A DNA stretch of 64,000 nucleotides from Polyangia bacterium (GCA_050287845.1 JBNKCR010000017.1:1-64000); one strand, 5' to 3'. Positions 19,801-28,900 are shown, counted from the stretch's first letter. Translations and numbers: made by a program. Notes: a model not told the origin generated them from the sequence alone.

Positions 19801-20783
19801 TCGCCAACTTCCGGGATTTTTCATCCGCTCTTCACCTGAAAACATCAGATCGACTGTTGGGCATTCTTCCACCGTTTCACTCTTTCGGACTGACCGGCAC
19901 CATCGTGATGCCCCTGTGCATGGGACTTAAAACCGTTTATTTTCCGAATCCCACCGACAGCGGATCCCTGGCCGGACTCATTGAAACCGCGAAAATCACC
20001 TGTCTTCTGTCCACGCCCACTTTTTTAAGAAGCATTCTGCAGCATCCGGCAAAAATGACCAGCATCCGGCTCACCTTCGTGGGGGCGGAAAAATGCCCGG
20101 CTGCGGTGTATCACCTCTTTGCCGAAAAGTGCCCGGCCGGCGTACTGTGCGAAGGATACGGCATCACCGAATGTTCGCCGGTGATCAGCATGAACCGGGT
20201 TACCCAGCCCATCCCGGGGACCATCGGCCAGGTGCTTTCAGGTATCCGGTATGCCATCGTCAACGATTCTTTGCAGGCGCGGGTGGCGCCAGGCAGCACT
20301 GGAACTCTGCTGGTGGCCGGGGACAATGTTTTTGCGGGATATCTTGAAACAGACCATCCCGAAACAGACTTCCTGTCGCCGTTTGTGCTGTTCGAACACC
20401 GGACATGGTTCAACACCGGGGACATGGTGCGCGGGCTGCCTGATGGCACCCTGGTTTTTGAAGGACGGAAAAAGCGGTTCATCAAGGTAGCCGGTGAGAT
20501 GATTTCTCTGCCTGCCATCGAAGCTGTCCTCCGGGATGCGACCCCATACGCCAGCGGCCTGCAGGAATGCGCGGTCGTTGCCCGGACTGCCAATTCCATG
20601 GAACTTATCCTGTTCTCCACTGCTCCGGTGACTGTCCTGGCCATCAACGACATCGTGCGAAATTCGGGTCTGTCTCCCTTGCATCGCGTTTCTAAAGTCA
20701 TACATCTCACGGAGCTACCCAGGCTGGGTTCCGGTAAAATCGATTACCGCGCCCTTCAGGCATCAGACCAGGTGGCTGCCTGA
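16842..20783 (+). CDS. Aas/LplT-like fusion: MFS transporter - PlsC acyltransferase - ACP - acyl-adenylate-forming domain
   Basis: LplT-type MFS start (LGVFNDHFFK; GYFADRFPKR); PlsC NHPALID and YPAGR; ACP DLGMDSI; adenylation motifs FTSSSEALPK, EGYGITE, TGD, R.KRF.KVAGEM, P.LGSGKIDY. Confidence 0.88.
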   Translation: MTTYIAFSRRTFLPMSGTYLLGVFNDHFFKEAAILLAFAAGLSELQSPIIKYFSLPFILFSAYAGYFADRFPKRNVVIVSKYLELVAMGIGAVGMVTLNFPLMVAMVFAMALQSTLFGPALNGAIPELFAPTHVTRVNALLKMITTISIIVGIVLAGMLMDVDVHRFNLSPVQLLAGVVIAVAILGVILSYRIKSRPTPSDQFHRPFPWKGPIQSLADAVALRHSPRLLRALLGSTFFYVASTLVLAAIHELCLTDLGFTNTFTSALTGMVAIGVASGSLFSIRLSRHLQHEQIFVPAALAFGLMLILAAQVTHWPLINEKVHLAATLFFSGAFGGMFLIPLLTYIQVTPGNGEKGKVIGINNFLDFSGIFIAGQLFGWLHPAISSTDLLWITGAFAIIVAAIFRWHHQLQRGKGDTTNQPHRPVSLTRRLLISVLQWILKLRYRVVVNTSAPVIRQGSSGILFVANHPALIDPIIVMSRLYSDFQPRPLADESQMKRPGLRHLFRLVHPVLIPDVKTDGRDARFRARAAIDNVIEALGAGDNILLYPAGRIYRAKREYLGANSAVETILNRAPDATVVMIRTTGLFGSAFSRASGKPPKLRHIFPKAIVSLLGAGIFFLPRRTVTIDITPSPDFPRHAGRLEMNRYMENFFNAGTPATVHVPYTLAGKTRTNTAPWAKPSPKGGTKSKRDCGELLTHRQKSLISRFIKEKLKLDQISQSQSLSMDLGMDSILKMELALWIEQQFRVPPIPVESLETVQDCYLAASGGFTGSPSPDIFPDAAWWRPSSTTPSRNAELRAMKGDTIARLFLQQAKTTPNRPIIADPLRGTLTYRQLLTAIFALKPHIASINGDRVGIMLPSSTSAVIAYLATMFAGKTPVMFNFTAGIRAVTHGIATTGTRAILTSSLFLNKLNAQGLDYRDTGATLMALEDISTRISLIHKIRAIICARLGIRYLENSPISTTAAILFTSSSEALPKAVPLTHRNIIANFRDFSSALHLKTSDRLLGILPPFHSFGLTGTIVMPLCMGLKTVYFPNPTDSGSLAGLIETAKITCLLSTPTFLRSILQHPAKMTSIRLTFVGAEKCPAAVYHLFAEKCPAGVLCEGYGITECSPVISMNRVTQPIPGTIGQVLSGIRYAIVNDSLQARVAPGSTGTLLVAGDNVFAGYLETDHPETDFLSPFVLFEHRTWFNTGDMVRGLPDGTLVFEGRKKRFIKVAGEMISLPAIEAVLRDATPYASGLQECAVVARTANSMELILFSTAPVTVLAINDIVRNSGLSPLHRVSKVIHLTELPRLGSGKIDYRALQASDQVAA

Positions 20784-20928
20784 TGGCTTCGACCATCGTG
20801 TTCCACTCGACGAAATTGTCGGGAAAAATATTGGTCCTGTATATTTATATGGATGGCATAATCCATTAACCAGCCGAATCTACAATCTATTTTCAGAAAA
20901 ATGGTGAAACTGCCCGGCTCGTTGCCGA

Positions 20929-20944
20929 TGGTATCCTCCTTGCT
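20929..20944 (+). promoter_or_regulatory. sigma-54 promoter
   Basis: TGGTATC-CTCC-TTGCT about 44 bp upstream of ATG 20988. Confidence 0.6.
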
Positions 20945-20987
20945 TGATTTCAATGTCCAACAGGTGGCACCACCAGAGGAGGCATCG

Positions 20988-22052
20988 ATGCAAAAACATA
21001 TTTCGGCAATGGCGATATGCCTGGGCATTCTCATCGGGACAGTATATCTGACGTCCTGCGACAGCAACTCCACAAAGGAGGAGGGAGAGGACACCGGGTC
21101 TACAGGTGGCGACGATACTCCCCAGAACAGCAGCGACGATGGCAACGCAGATTCAACCGCACCGGATTCCACGGTCACGGAAGACAACACCCCCGGCGAT
21201 GACGGTGACGGATGGGTGGGAGATACCAGTGGGACCGTGGTGGTGGGAGACAACGGCGAACTCATTACCGACGAAGACGGTCATGAGTTTCTGTGTATCG
21301 AAACCCGCTGCGACGGCAGAATTCTGGAATGCGGGGACTGCCGCGACAACGATGGTGATGGCAGGACGGATTGGCGGGATCCGGAATGCCTGGGCCCCTG
21401 CGACAACACCGAGGGACCGGCATTGATTTCAGATGTGGGTGGCGTCACCGGTTCCACCTGCCATGTGGATTGCTATTTCGATTTCGGCAACGGCATGGGC
21501 AGCGGCAGTGATGATTGCTGGTGGAGTCACGAATGCGATCCCCTGGAACCGGAGTCACCCGTGTGTGAATACCGGGAATCCCTGGTGGGAAATCCACAGT
21601 TCTGCCCCAATGAACAATCCGATCGGTGCACCGATATCTGTCTGCCCTATACCCCGAACGGGTGTGACTGTTTCGGCTGCTGCACCTTTCCTGAACTTGC
21701 CGGCGCCGGCGAAGACGGCGAAGACGGCTACGTCTGGATTGGCGCCAAAGACCCGAGCAACAAAGGCATGTGTACTTTCGAAGACATTCTGGACGAATCC
21801 AGATGTCCCAGGTGCACGCCGGTACCCAACTGTCTCAACGCCTGTGGGCACTGTGAAATCTGTATTGGCAAACCCGAGCTGCCCGATGACTGTTATACGG
21901 AGGATACAGACGACACCGACACCGAAAAGGATCCGCCGGATGAGCAGTGCCCACCGGGAATCGAGACTTGCAGTTTCGATGACCTGGTGCCCTGCGAAGA
22001 GGGATATTATTGCATCAGCGGATGCTGCCAACCCCTGGTAAACGTGGAATAG
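20988..22052 (+). CDS. acidic Cys-rich lipoprotein of myxobacterial type
   Basis: GAGGAGG RBS; lipobox LTSC; CGDCRDNDGDGRTD.RDPECLGPCDN, CYFD, NGCDCFGCC; about 30 Cys. Confidence 0.8.
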   Translation: MQKHISAMAICLGILIGTVYLTSCDSNSTKEEGEDTGSTGGDDTPQNSSDDGNADSTAPDSTVTEDNTPGDDGDGWVGDTSGTVVVGDNGELITDEDGHEFLCIETRCDGRILECGDCRDNDGDGRTDWRDPECLGPCDNTEGPALISDVGGVTGSTCHVDCYFDFGNGMGSGSDDCWWSHECDPLEPESPVCEYRESLVGNPQFCPNEQSDRCTDICLPYTPNGCDCFGCCTFPELAGAGEDGEDGYVWIGAKDPSNKGMCTFEDILDESRCPRCTPVPNCLNACGHCEICIGKPELPDDCYTEDTDDTDTEKDPPDEQCPPGIETCSFDDLVPCEEGYYCISGCCQPLVNVE

Positions 22053-22286
22053 ACCGAATCAACGTTCCATTGAAAATTGCTCGAGTCCAGACGCTGTGAA
22101 TTGTGAACTGATCGGCAGCCGCCAATGCTTCATGATGCGCTTCAATATAACTGATTCGCAAATTGAAGTGATTATCAATTCAAAGATCCCTTGCAATAAT
22201 GGGAATATATCATTTCAATATGAATATATTTTTATATAAATAATGAAATATAGTCCATTTTTCCTCTGTTTTCGTTGTTTCCAACA

Positions 22287-22302
22287 TGGCACGTCATCTG
22301 CT
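22287..22302 (+). promoter_or_regulatory. sigma-54 promoter
   Basis: TGGCACG-TCAT-CTGCT, near consensus, downstream of an AT-rich tract. Confidence 0.65.
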
Positions 22303-22310
22303 AATATATC

Positions 22311-23291
22311 TTGTGGCGGCGGATGTTGCGGTATTATCCATCTGAAATGTTCATGCGAAAGGGACCACTACCATTGAAAACGTCGATCTTACCAGAACTT
22401 GTCCCCGAAAACGTTTTCCAAAAAGACGTTTTATTGTTTGAACCCATTTCCACCAACTCATGGCAAATCGGCAAAACGCTGCTGAATCATCAGATCCGAA
22501 CCCACCTGTGCGCAGAAGTGATGGATGTCTATCAGCAACTTGCGCTGATTCCAGTGGCCGCCCTCATTCTCGATGTGGACACATGCGCTGATCGCCTGGA
22601 GCTCATCATTCGTTTTGCCCGGATGAAAAATTCGAAAATATCCATTTTTCTGCTGGCATCCACTGAATCCACGTACCTGCACCGAGTGTCCATGGAGACA
22701 GGCATCCCATTGTATCTGAAAAAAAACCTGTCCGCCACGATGCTTTGCAAAGCCGTCGTCGAAAGAATCAACACCACAGGGGAATCACCGAATCAATCCA
22801 ATGTCCGCGATACCGGGTTGCTTTCGCTGACTCAGAATGTTCGGGAAGCCACCGCCATCGACTTTGGCGGAGAGGTGGTTATCCGTTCCCGCGACGGCAT
22901 TGCCCGGATATATTTTGTGAATAACCGTATTGCGTGGATTTATATTCACGATTCCACCGACACCCTCATCAATGACCTGGCCACTCTGGAGGGCATCGAA
23001 AGGGATGAACTGAAAGCCGTGTTTCTGGAATGCCGCCACTCAGGGACCAACTTCGCCGATACGCTGGTGGAATGGCAAATTGTCAATAGAGAACAGATGT
23101 ATCAAATTCTCCTTTCAAGATTCGCCAGCTGTCTGAACCAGATTTCTTCATGGCAGAATCTGAGCAGCATCTTTATCCCCCAACAGCGCCAATACCAAAG
23201 CACGTTCCTGTTTTCGCTCAGCGAACTCCTGGCCCGGGCGCAATCGTCCGAACTGACCCGGCAGCTTTCCCGTATTCACCATCCCGCATGA
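22311..23291 (+). CDS. degenerate receiver-like domain plus DUF4388/PATAN-like domain protein (true start probably 36-63 nt downstream)
   Basis: AALILDVD receiver-like strand; C-terminal GEVVIRS..GIARIYFVNNRIAWI and NFADTLVEW.IV pattern. Confidence 0.6.
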   Translation: MWRRMLRYYPSEMFMRKGPLPLKTSILPELVPENVFQKDVLLFEPISTNSWQIGKTLLNHQIRTHLCAEVMDVYQQLALIPVAALILDVDTCADRLELIIRFARMKNSKISIFLLASTESTYLHRVSMETGIPLYLKKNLSATMLCKAVVERINTTGESPNQSNVRDTGLLSLTQNVREATAIDFGGEVVIRSRDGIARIYFVNNRIAWIYIHDSTDTLINDLATLEGIERDELKAVFLECRHSGTNFADTLVEWQIVNREQMYQILLSRFASCLNQISSWQNLSSIFIPQQRQYQSTFLFSLSELLARAQSSELTRQLSRIHHPA

Positions 23292-23366
23292 CGCGCGGTG
23301 CATTACCTTGCACAGCAATGACCGAGTCGAAAATGCCAGGACATACACAACGGATTTTACTGCAGC

Positions 23367-24377
23367 ATGTCAATGATGCCTGATATGCCCAACCATTCTC
23401 CTTCACCACGACGTACCCTCTACCTGGCGCCCATCCGCGGGGTCACCGACGCAGTATTTCGCGACGCGTTTAATATGTGCTTTTCAGGGCTGGATGGGTC
23501 CGTGGCGCCATTTATGAAAACCACCGGCGCAATTCTTAAACCGCAGCGACTTCACGATTTGTCGTTTGCGCCCCACCGCACGCTGCCGGTCGTTCCCCAA
23601 TTGCTGTCCAACAACGCCGCTGGTTTCATTGATGGCGCTGACCAGCTCCAGCAACTGGGCTTTACCGAAATCAACTGGAACCTCGGTTGTCCCATGCCCA
23701 CTTCAACCAAAAAAAATCTGGGCGCCGGACTACTCTGTTGTCCGGATAGAATTGATTCATTTCTTGAAACGGTGTTTTCAAAGGTCACCATTGCCATATC
23801 TATTAAGACCCGCATCGGCCTGATTCAGGAAACGGAAATCAGCACTCTTTTCCCGGTTTTTAATCGATATCCGATTTCAAATATCATCGTGCATCCACGC
23901 ACCGCCCGACAATTATATTCCGGTCCGGTGAATCTGAACGTGTTTGAATATTGCACAGCCGAGCTTTTTGCTCCCATCACCTACAACGGAGATATTACCG
24001 CGGTAGCTGATTTTGACCGATTATCCCGGCGCTTTCCATCCGTTCATCAATGGATGATTGGGCGAGGGGCCATCGCCGATCCCCTGTTGCCTGCGAAAAT
24101 AAAAAACGGATGGCATGATACCGTTATTTCGTGCAGTCAGTTGCGTTCGTTTCACCAGCGATTATATGATGGCTACATGGCGCGATTGAGCGGCTTCTCC
24201 CATGTGCTCTTCCGGATGTCCGCCATCTGGGAATCCCTGGACGCGGGGTTGCCCATCCCCCCGGGTGTGGTTCGCAAACTCGTTAAATCAAAAACACCGG
24301 AGGAGTACCGGTTGCACTTTGAGCATCTCATGGAGGAACTGGCAAAATACCATGCCAATGAAAAATCTGCCATCTGA
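23367..24377 (+). CDS. tRNA-dihydrouridine synthase family protein
   Basis: LAPIRGVTD, INWNLGCP, GAGLL, SIKTRIG, VHPRT..Q.Y.G, YNGDI, MIGRG. Confidence 0.9.
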   Translation: MSMMPDMPNHSPSPRRTLYLAPIRGVTDAVFRDAFNMCFSGLDGSVAPFMKTTGAILKPQRLHDLSFAPHRTLPVVPQLLSNNAAGFIDGADQLQQLGFTEINWNLGCPMPTSTKKNLGAGLLCCPDRIDSFLETVFSKVTIAISIKTRIGLIQETEISTLFPVFNRYPISNIIVHPRTARQLYSGPVNLNVFEYCTAELFAPITYNGDITAVADFDRLSRRFPSVHQWMIGRGAIADPLLPAKIKNGWHDTVISCSQLRSFHQRLYDGYMARLSGFSHVLFRMSAIWESLDAGLPIPPGVVRKLVKSKTPEEYRLHFEHLMEELAKYHANEKSAI

Positions 24378-24476
24378 CCGAGCCGGTTCCGGATTATCCC
24401 CGAAATCGGTTGAGATTGCGTAACGACCTATACTAATACATTAATAGATGCCGTTTTGTTTTCCCATGAGTAGCTC

Positions 24477-25178
24477 ATGAAACGACTCCGAAAAGTCGCT
24501 CTGCTCTTTATTGCCACGATTTTTCTGATGGTGGGCGGCGCTGCAGCGTTTCTTTTTGCCATTCAGCGGGACGATCCCCGGGTCACCGCCGATATCGATG
24601 CCCACTTCGCGTCGCTGGAAACGCCTCCCATCCTGGACCTTCCCACCGATGTCCCCCTCCGGAATGCCGTCGATTCGGATAATTCACCATTGTTTATCCG
24701 GGATGGGGTACAGAACGTCAATGGCATTGGCTCGGGGCAGAAAAATGACAGGGCGCGAAAACAACGGTTTCGAAAACACCATATGCACAAAGGAAAAGAT
24801 CGGCGCGAAACCGGAGAAACTGACATCCTGGAAATCGCCCCCGGCACCTGGCTCATTTCTCGGAAGATATATACCCATGCCCGCGGCAACATGTTGAAGT
24901 ATGTGGGCAAAGCCAGAGCGGAACTGGTTGAAGTTGAGAATGAACCGATGGGATTCCGCCTGAAAAACATTAAAAAGAATTCGGCACTCCACCGAATCGG
25001 ACTCCGCAATAACGACGTCCTCATCGCCATCAATGGTTTTCCCCTCAACTCCGTGGAGAATGTGACGGCCGCCATTGTCAGCTTTCAGAAGGCCAACCAA
25101 TTCCGGCTGGATTTATTGCGAAAAGAATCCCGGCGGTCCTTTTACTATAAAATTACAGATGAATCTAGAGGCGATTAA
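24477..25178 (+). CDS. single-TM protein with GspC-like PDZ domain
   Basis: N-terminal TM; GFRL..I...S.L..IGLRNNDVLIAINGFPL pattern typical of GspC PDZ domains. Confidence 0.65.
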   Translation: MKRLRKVALLFIATIFLMVGGAAAFLFAIQRDDPRVTADIDAHFASLETPPILDLPTDVPLRNAVDSDNSPLFIRDGVQNVNGIGSGQKNDRARKQRFRKHHMHKGKDRRETGETDILEIAPGTWLISRKIYTHARGNMLKYVGKARAELVEVENEPMGFRLKNIKKNSALHRIGLRNNDVLIAINGFPLNSVENVTAAIVSFQKANQFRLDLLRKESRRSFYYKITDESRGD

Positions 25179-25283
25179 AACCGAATTTCCGCTCATCTGC
25201 TAAATCGTACAACAAACCGTATTATGCATACGTGTGCACAAGAATCAAAAGCGGCGTTGAGACGCGATCCAGCAATCTCCCCA

Positions 25284-26246
25284 TCATTTAACGGCACCGG
25301 GATCCCTCCCGAAAATCGGCTGAAGAGTCTGTGGTGTACCACATTCACTTTCAAATACGTATTGTTTCTGAATATAGAGAATATTCCCCAGTAACTGGCC
25401 ACTATCCCTGGTGGGGTCGAACAACCAGCCTTCCAGTTCATAGGTCCATCCATCGTCACCGGTCACCGTACTGAGTGCAAAGGGGTGGCTGTCCAGCAGA
25501 AAAACATACTGACCATTGGCTCCCAGCGGTCGCATGGCCTCCTGACGAATCCGTTGCCACAGCAATTGTCCTGTGGTGGCTGCAAAGCGCTTCACCACAT
25601 AACTCACGTTCTGGTCATCCCCCATCTTTCCGAATGCCAGCAATACATTTCCACTGACAAAAATATCTGTGGCCCCCGCCGCAGAGCGCCAGAATTCTGA
25701 ATTGTCGAGAGGATTGATGGCGAGCATATCCCCAGTAAGAGTCTCAACCCCCACGCAGACACCGGAGACATTCTGAAACGATGCAACGCCTGCAATAATC
25801 ACATCATTACATGAAGTATCCACCTCATCGCCGGATATGGATACCACCGGATGAATCACATCCACTTTGTCGCCGTTGTTCACCCGAAACGCCGCCAACA
25901 TGGGTTGGGGAAAACAGGGATCGGTGGCCTCCACCACCACACTGCCTGCATTGTCCTGCAGTCCGAGAATATTCACCTTTTCTCCCGGAACCCCCAACGC
26001 CTCGTATTCCCAACGGGATTCACCGGTAGCCGGATTCAATGCAAACAGCGCGCTGGAACCCCATTCGGGATCCACCTCTCTATAACATTTACCGTCAGTG
26101 CATTCGTCACTGGGACAGGCGGGCAGAAATACACATGCCACCCACAGCAGCACAGGCAATCCCTTTGCTATGGCGCACCCACCGGGAAACGGGATGTGCC
26201 GATATCGTGATGTGTTTTTTTCCACCATGTCAGACCTGCCTTTCAC
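25284..26246 (-). CDS. PQQ-like beta-propeller lipoprotein
   Basis: Lipobox LPAC; repeated ALNPATGESRW, AATTGQLLW and ALSTVTGDDGW motifs; overlaps the recF stop. Confidence 0.7.
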   Translation of the reverse strand: MKGRSDMVEKNTSRYRHIPFPGGCAIAKGLPVLLWVACVFLPACPSDECTDGKCYREVDPEWGSSALFALNPATGESRWEYEALGVPGEKVNILGLQDNAGSVVVEATDPCFPQPMLAAFRVNNGDKVDVIHPVVSISGDEVDTSCNDVIIAGVASFQNVSGVCVGVETLTGDMLAINPLDNSEFWRSAAGATDIFVSGNVLLAFGKMGDDQNVSYVVKRFAATTGQLLWQRIRQEAMRPLGANGQYVFLLDSHPFALSTVTGDDGWTYELEGWLFDPTRDSGQLLGNILYIQKQYVFESECGTPQTLQPIFGRDPGAVK

Positions 26247-27331
26247 GCGGTGGTGAATTCGAAACCACCATCGGTCACCGTGAAATCCCTTCGGTGACCA
26301 TTAATATGAATGTAATCCCGGTGGGTGGTCGTAATGAATACCTGCCCCCCCATTCCCTGTAAAAATTCAAACAGATGCCGATTCCGTTTCTGGTCCAGTT
26401 CACTGGAGACATCGTCAAAAAGCAACAGGGGAATTTTTCCGGTACTCTCTGTGAGCGCCCTGGTTTCCGCAATCTTAGCCGCCAGCACCAGGGTTCGCTG
26501 CTGCCCCTGTGACCCGAACTTCTTCGCTTCTTTGCCGTTCAGGGAAAAAAACACATCGTCACTCTGGGGTCCACCGGTGGTGTATTTCCGCGCACAATCC
26601 CGGGAAAATCGTGCATCAAGGGCTTTTAAAAAGGCTTCTTCATCGCCTTCGATTTTGGGCTGGTACTGCAAATCCGCCACGCCCCCATTGCTGATTTCTT
26701 TTACGGCGTCCGAAAAGAAAGGTCGCATGGAATCAATGAATGCCGCACGCAACCGGACAATTCGAGAACCGATTTGGGCGAGCTGCAAATCAAACGGCAC
26801 CAGAGACCGTCGGTCCGGGGGGCCATCTTTGAGAATGCGATTCCGGTTGGCAATCACCCGGGCGTAGGTTTTGAACAGCGATGGATATGTCGCATCCGCC
26901 TGAAACATGGCCCTATCGATAAATCGCCTTCTGGCATCGGGACTTCCCTGAACCAGTTCCATCACCTGGGGATGAAACAGCACCATGGGCAACATCTGAA
27001 AATGACGACCGGATGCACTGATACGCTTTCCGTCCACTGAAACCGTGCGACTCGTTTCTGAAATATCGACTTCACAGGAAAGCCCGGCATGCAGCGATCC
27101 GAACCTCCCCCGGACTCTGGATTTCAATTCATCGTGATGAATCAGCTCGCTTCTTTTTGCCGTGCGGAATGAACGCAGCGCCCCCAGCAGATACACCGCT
27201 TCAACAAGATTGGTCTTCCCCATACCGTTGTGGCCGGAAATCACGTTAAACCGCTCACCCGGCTGAATTACTGCCTTCTTAATATTCCGGAAGTGGATGA
27301 CTGACAATTCATCCAGCTGAACGCGATCCAT
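26243..27331 (-). CDS. recF: DNA replication and repair protein RecF
   Basis: FRN, GHNGMGKTN, SFRT, P..RRRFID, GSQGQQR, LLFDDVSSELD, QVFITTT. Confidence 0.97.
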   Translation of the reverse strand: MDRVQLDELSVIHFRNIKKAVIQPGERFNVISGHNGMGKTNLVEAVYLLGALRSFRTAKRSELIHHDELKSRVRGRFGSLHAGLSCEVDISETSRTVSVDGKRISASGRHFQMLPMVLFHPQVMELVQGSPDARRRFIDRAMFQADATYPSLFKTYARVIANRNRILKDGPPDRRSLVPFDLQLAQIGSRIVRLRAAFIDSMRPFFSDAVKEISNGGVADLQYQPKIEGDEEAFLKALDARFSRDCARKYTTGGPQSDDVFFSLNGKEAKKFGSQGQQRTLVLAAKIAETRALTESTGKIPLLLFDDVSSELDQKRNRHLFEFLQGMGGQVFITTTHRDYIHINGHRRDFTVTDGGFEFTTA

Positions 27332-27348
27332 CAGGGTACTCGTTTACA

Positions 27349-28491
27349 TCAGATACGCATGGGCATGACCACGCCCACAAAGGTATCATCCAGATCCTTG
27401 ACCACCGCCGGATCCAGATATCCCGCCAGCTCCAGAACCACTTCCTCGTCTCCAAGAACGTTGAGGACATCAATGAAGTATTTGGCGTTGAAGCCAATTT
27501 CCATGGCCTCGCCATCGTAATTGACATCCACTATCTCCGACCCTTCGCCAATAGATGGATTGTCCGTTGAAATTTCCACCGCGCCCTCGGTCAGCTGAAA
27601 CTTGACGCCCAGGGTCCGATCGGAAGACACCACGGAAACGCGCTTGAGCGCATCCAGAATTTTTCCGCGCGATACAATGATACGCTTGTCCTGTCCCTTG
27701 GGAATCACCTGTTCGTACGGGGGAAACTCTGATTCAATCAGCTTGGAAACCAGGATGAATTCTGCTTTTTTAGCCGGCTCGTCGTCCACGGCCTTTTCGG
27801 CTTCCACATCTCGCTTGATAAAAACCGAACCATCCCGCGAACCGATGAGAACCATGTCATCGCCATCATCGAGCATTCGTTTGATTTCACCGATGCCCTT
27901 GTTGGGAATCACCATGGAAAAATTATAAAACCCGCTCTGGTCGCTTTTCAGCTCAATTTTGGACAGTCGGTGTCCATCAGTGGTGACCATGCGAAGCAGC
28001 TTTCCATCTCCCTGAAACAGTGCACCATTGATGTGGGGTCTGGTTTCGTCACTGGAAATGGAAAACGATGTTTTATCGATCATATCGGCCAACATCCCCG
28101 GATCCACTTCAAAGAATTCCACATCCCCGGGTTGCGGCATACTGGGAAAATCATCCGCCGGGAGTCCAAGCAGCTTGAAATTGGAACGCCCGCAACTGAT
28201 TTCCACTGCATCGCCATCGGCTTTCAGACGAATCATTCCGTCCGGCATGGACCGAACGATATCATAAAGAGTTTTAGCCGGCAGTGTGATCTCGCCCTGC
28301 TGTTTCACATCCGCGGGAAATACACCGCTTGCGGACAGATTCAAATCCGTTGCCGCGAACTGCACATTTCCGTTCGGTTCAGTTGATATGAGCACATTAG
28401 AAAGAATCTGCATCGAACTTTTTCTATCTGAAATGCTACTGGTACGAGCCAATGCGGATGCGAAACATTGCTTGGAGAGAACTATTTCCAT
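27349..28491 (-). CDS. dnaN: DNA polymerase III beta sliding clamp
   Basis: ILSNVLI, ATDL, TDGHRL, FPPYEQVIP, IGFNAKY, C-terminal VVMPMRI. Confidence 0.97.
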   Translation of the reverse strand: MEIVLSKQCFASALARTSSISDRKSSMQILSNVLISTEPNGNVQFAATDLNLSASGVFPADVKQQGEITLPAKTLYDIVRSMPDGMIRLKADGDAVEISCGRSNFKLLGLPADDFPSMPQPGDVEFFEVDPGMLADMIDKTSFSISSDETRPHINGALFQGDGKLLRMVTTDGHRLSKIELKSDQSGFYNFSMVIPNKGIGEIKRMLDDGDDMVLIGSRDGSVFIKRDVEAEKAVDDEPAKKAEFILVSKLIESEFPPYEQVIPKGQDKRIIVSRGKILDALKRVSVVSSDRTLGVKFQLTEGAVEISTDNPSIGEGSEIVDVNYDGEAMEIGFNAKYFIDVLNVLGDEEVVLELAGYLDPAVVKDLDDTFVGVVMPMRI

Positions 28492-28512
28492 TGAGATCAT
28501 TCCTTTGTTCAA

Positions 28513-28894
28513 TAAAAATTATCAAAAAAACAAATCATTGTTTTTTTCAATTTAACAATTACTGATAACAATAATTAATCGACTATCATATAGAGTTTAA
28601 AAAATTGGTAAATGACTGTTTACAATTTTCTTAATTTTCACCCAAGGCCTTATTTCTTATCTTTATTATTTTTTTAAAACAAGTAGTCGTAGGTGGTGTG
28701 AATATGTGGATAAGTATAAATTATTTAATATTTTCAAACAACTATACACATTGAAAACTGTGGATGGTTTCTGTGGAAACAGGGATTCAAACCGGTTTGC
28801 TGAAAATAGCAGAAGTTATTCACACTTTATTCATGGGTTGTTTCACAGAACAGTCACAGTTAACCCCAGTTTATTTAGAGGTTAACCCCAGGCA
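28513..28894. other. probable chromosomal replication origin (oriC) with AT-rich unwinding region
   Basis: DnaA boxes at 28697-28705, 28705-28713 (perfect), 28742-28750, 28759-28767, 28772-28780, 28816-28824 (perfect TTWTNCACA) and 28839-28847; trio-like repeats at 28682-28692; very AT-rich 28510-28680; apparent C-to-G skew switch. Confidence 0.8.
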
Positions 28895-28900
28895 GTGAAT

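Noticed and set aside
28839..28854. Possible parS in the origin gap (TGTTTCACAGAACAGT)
   Set aside because: Only a half-site; better explained as a one-mismatch DnaA box
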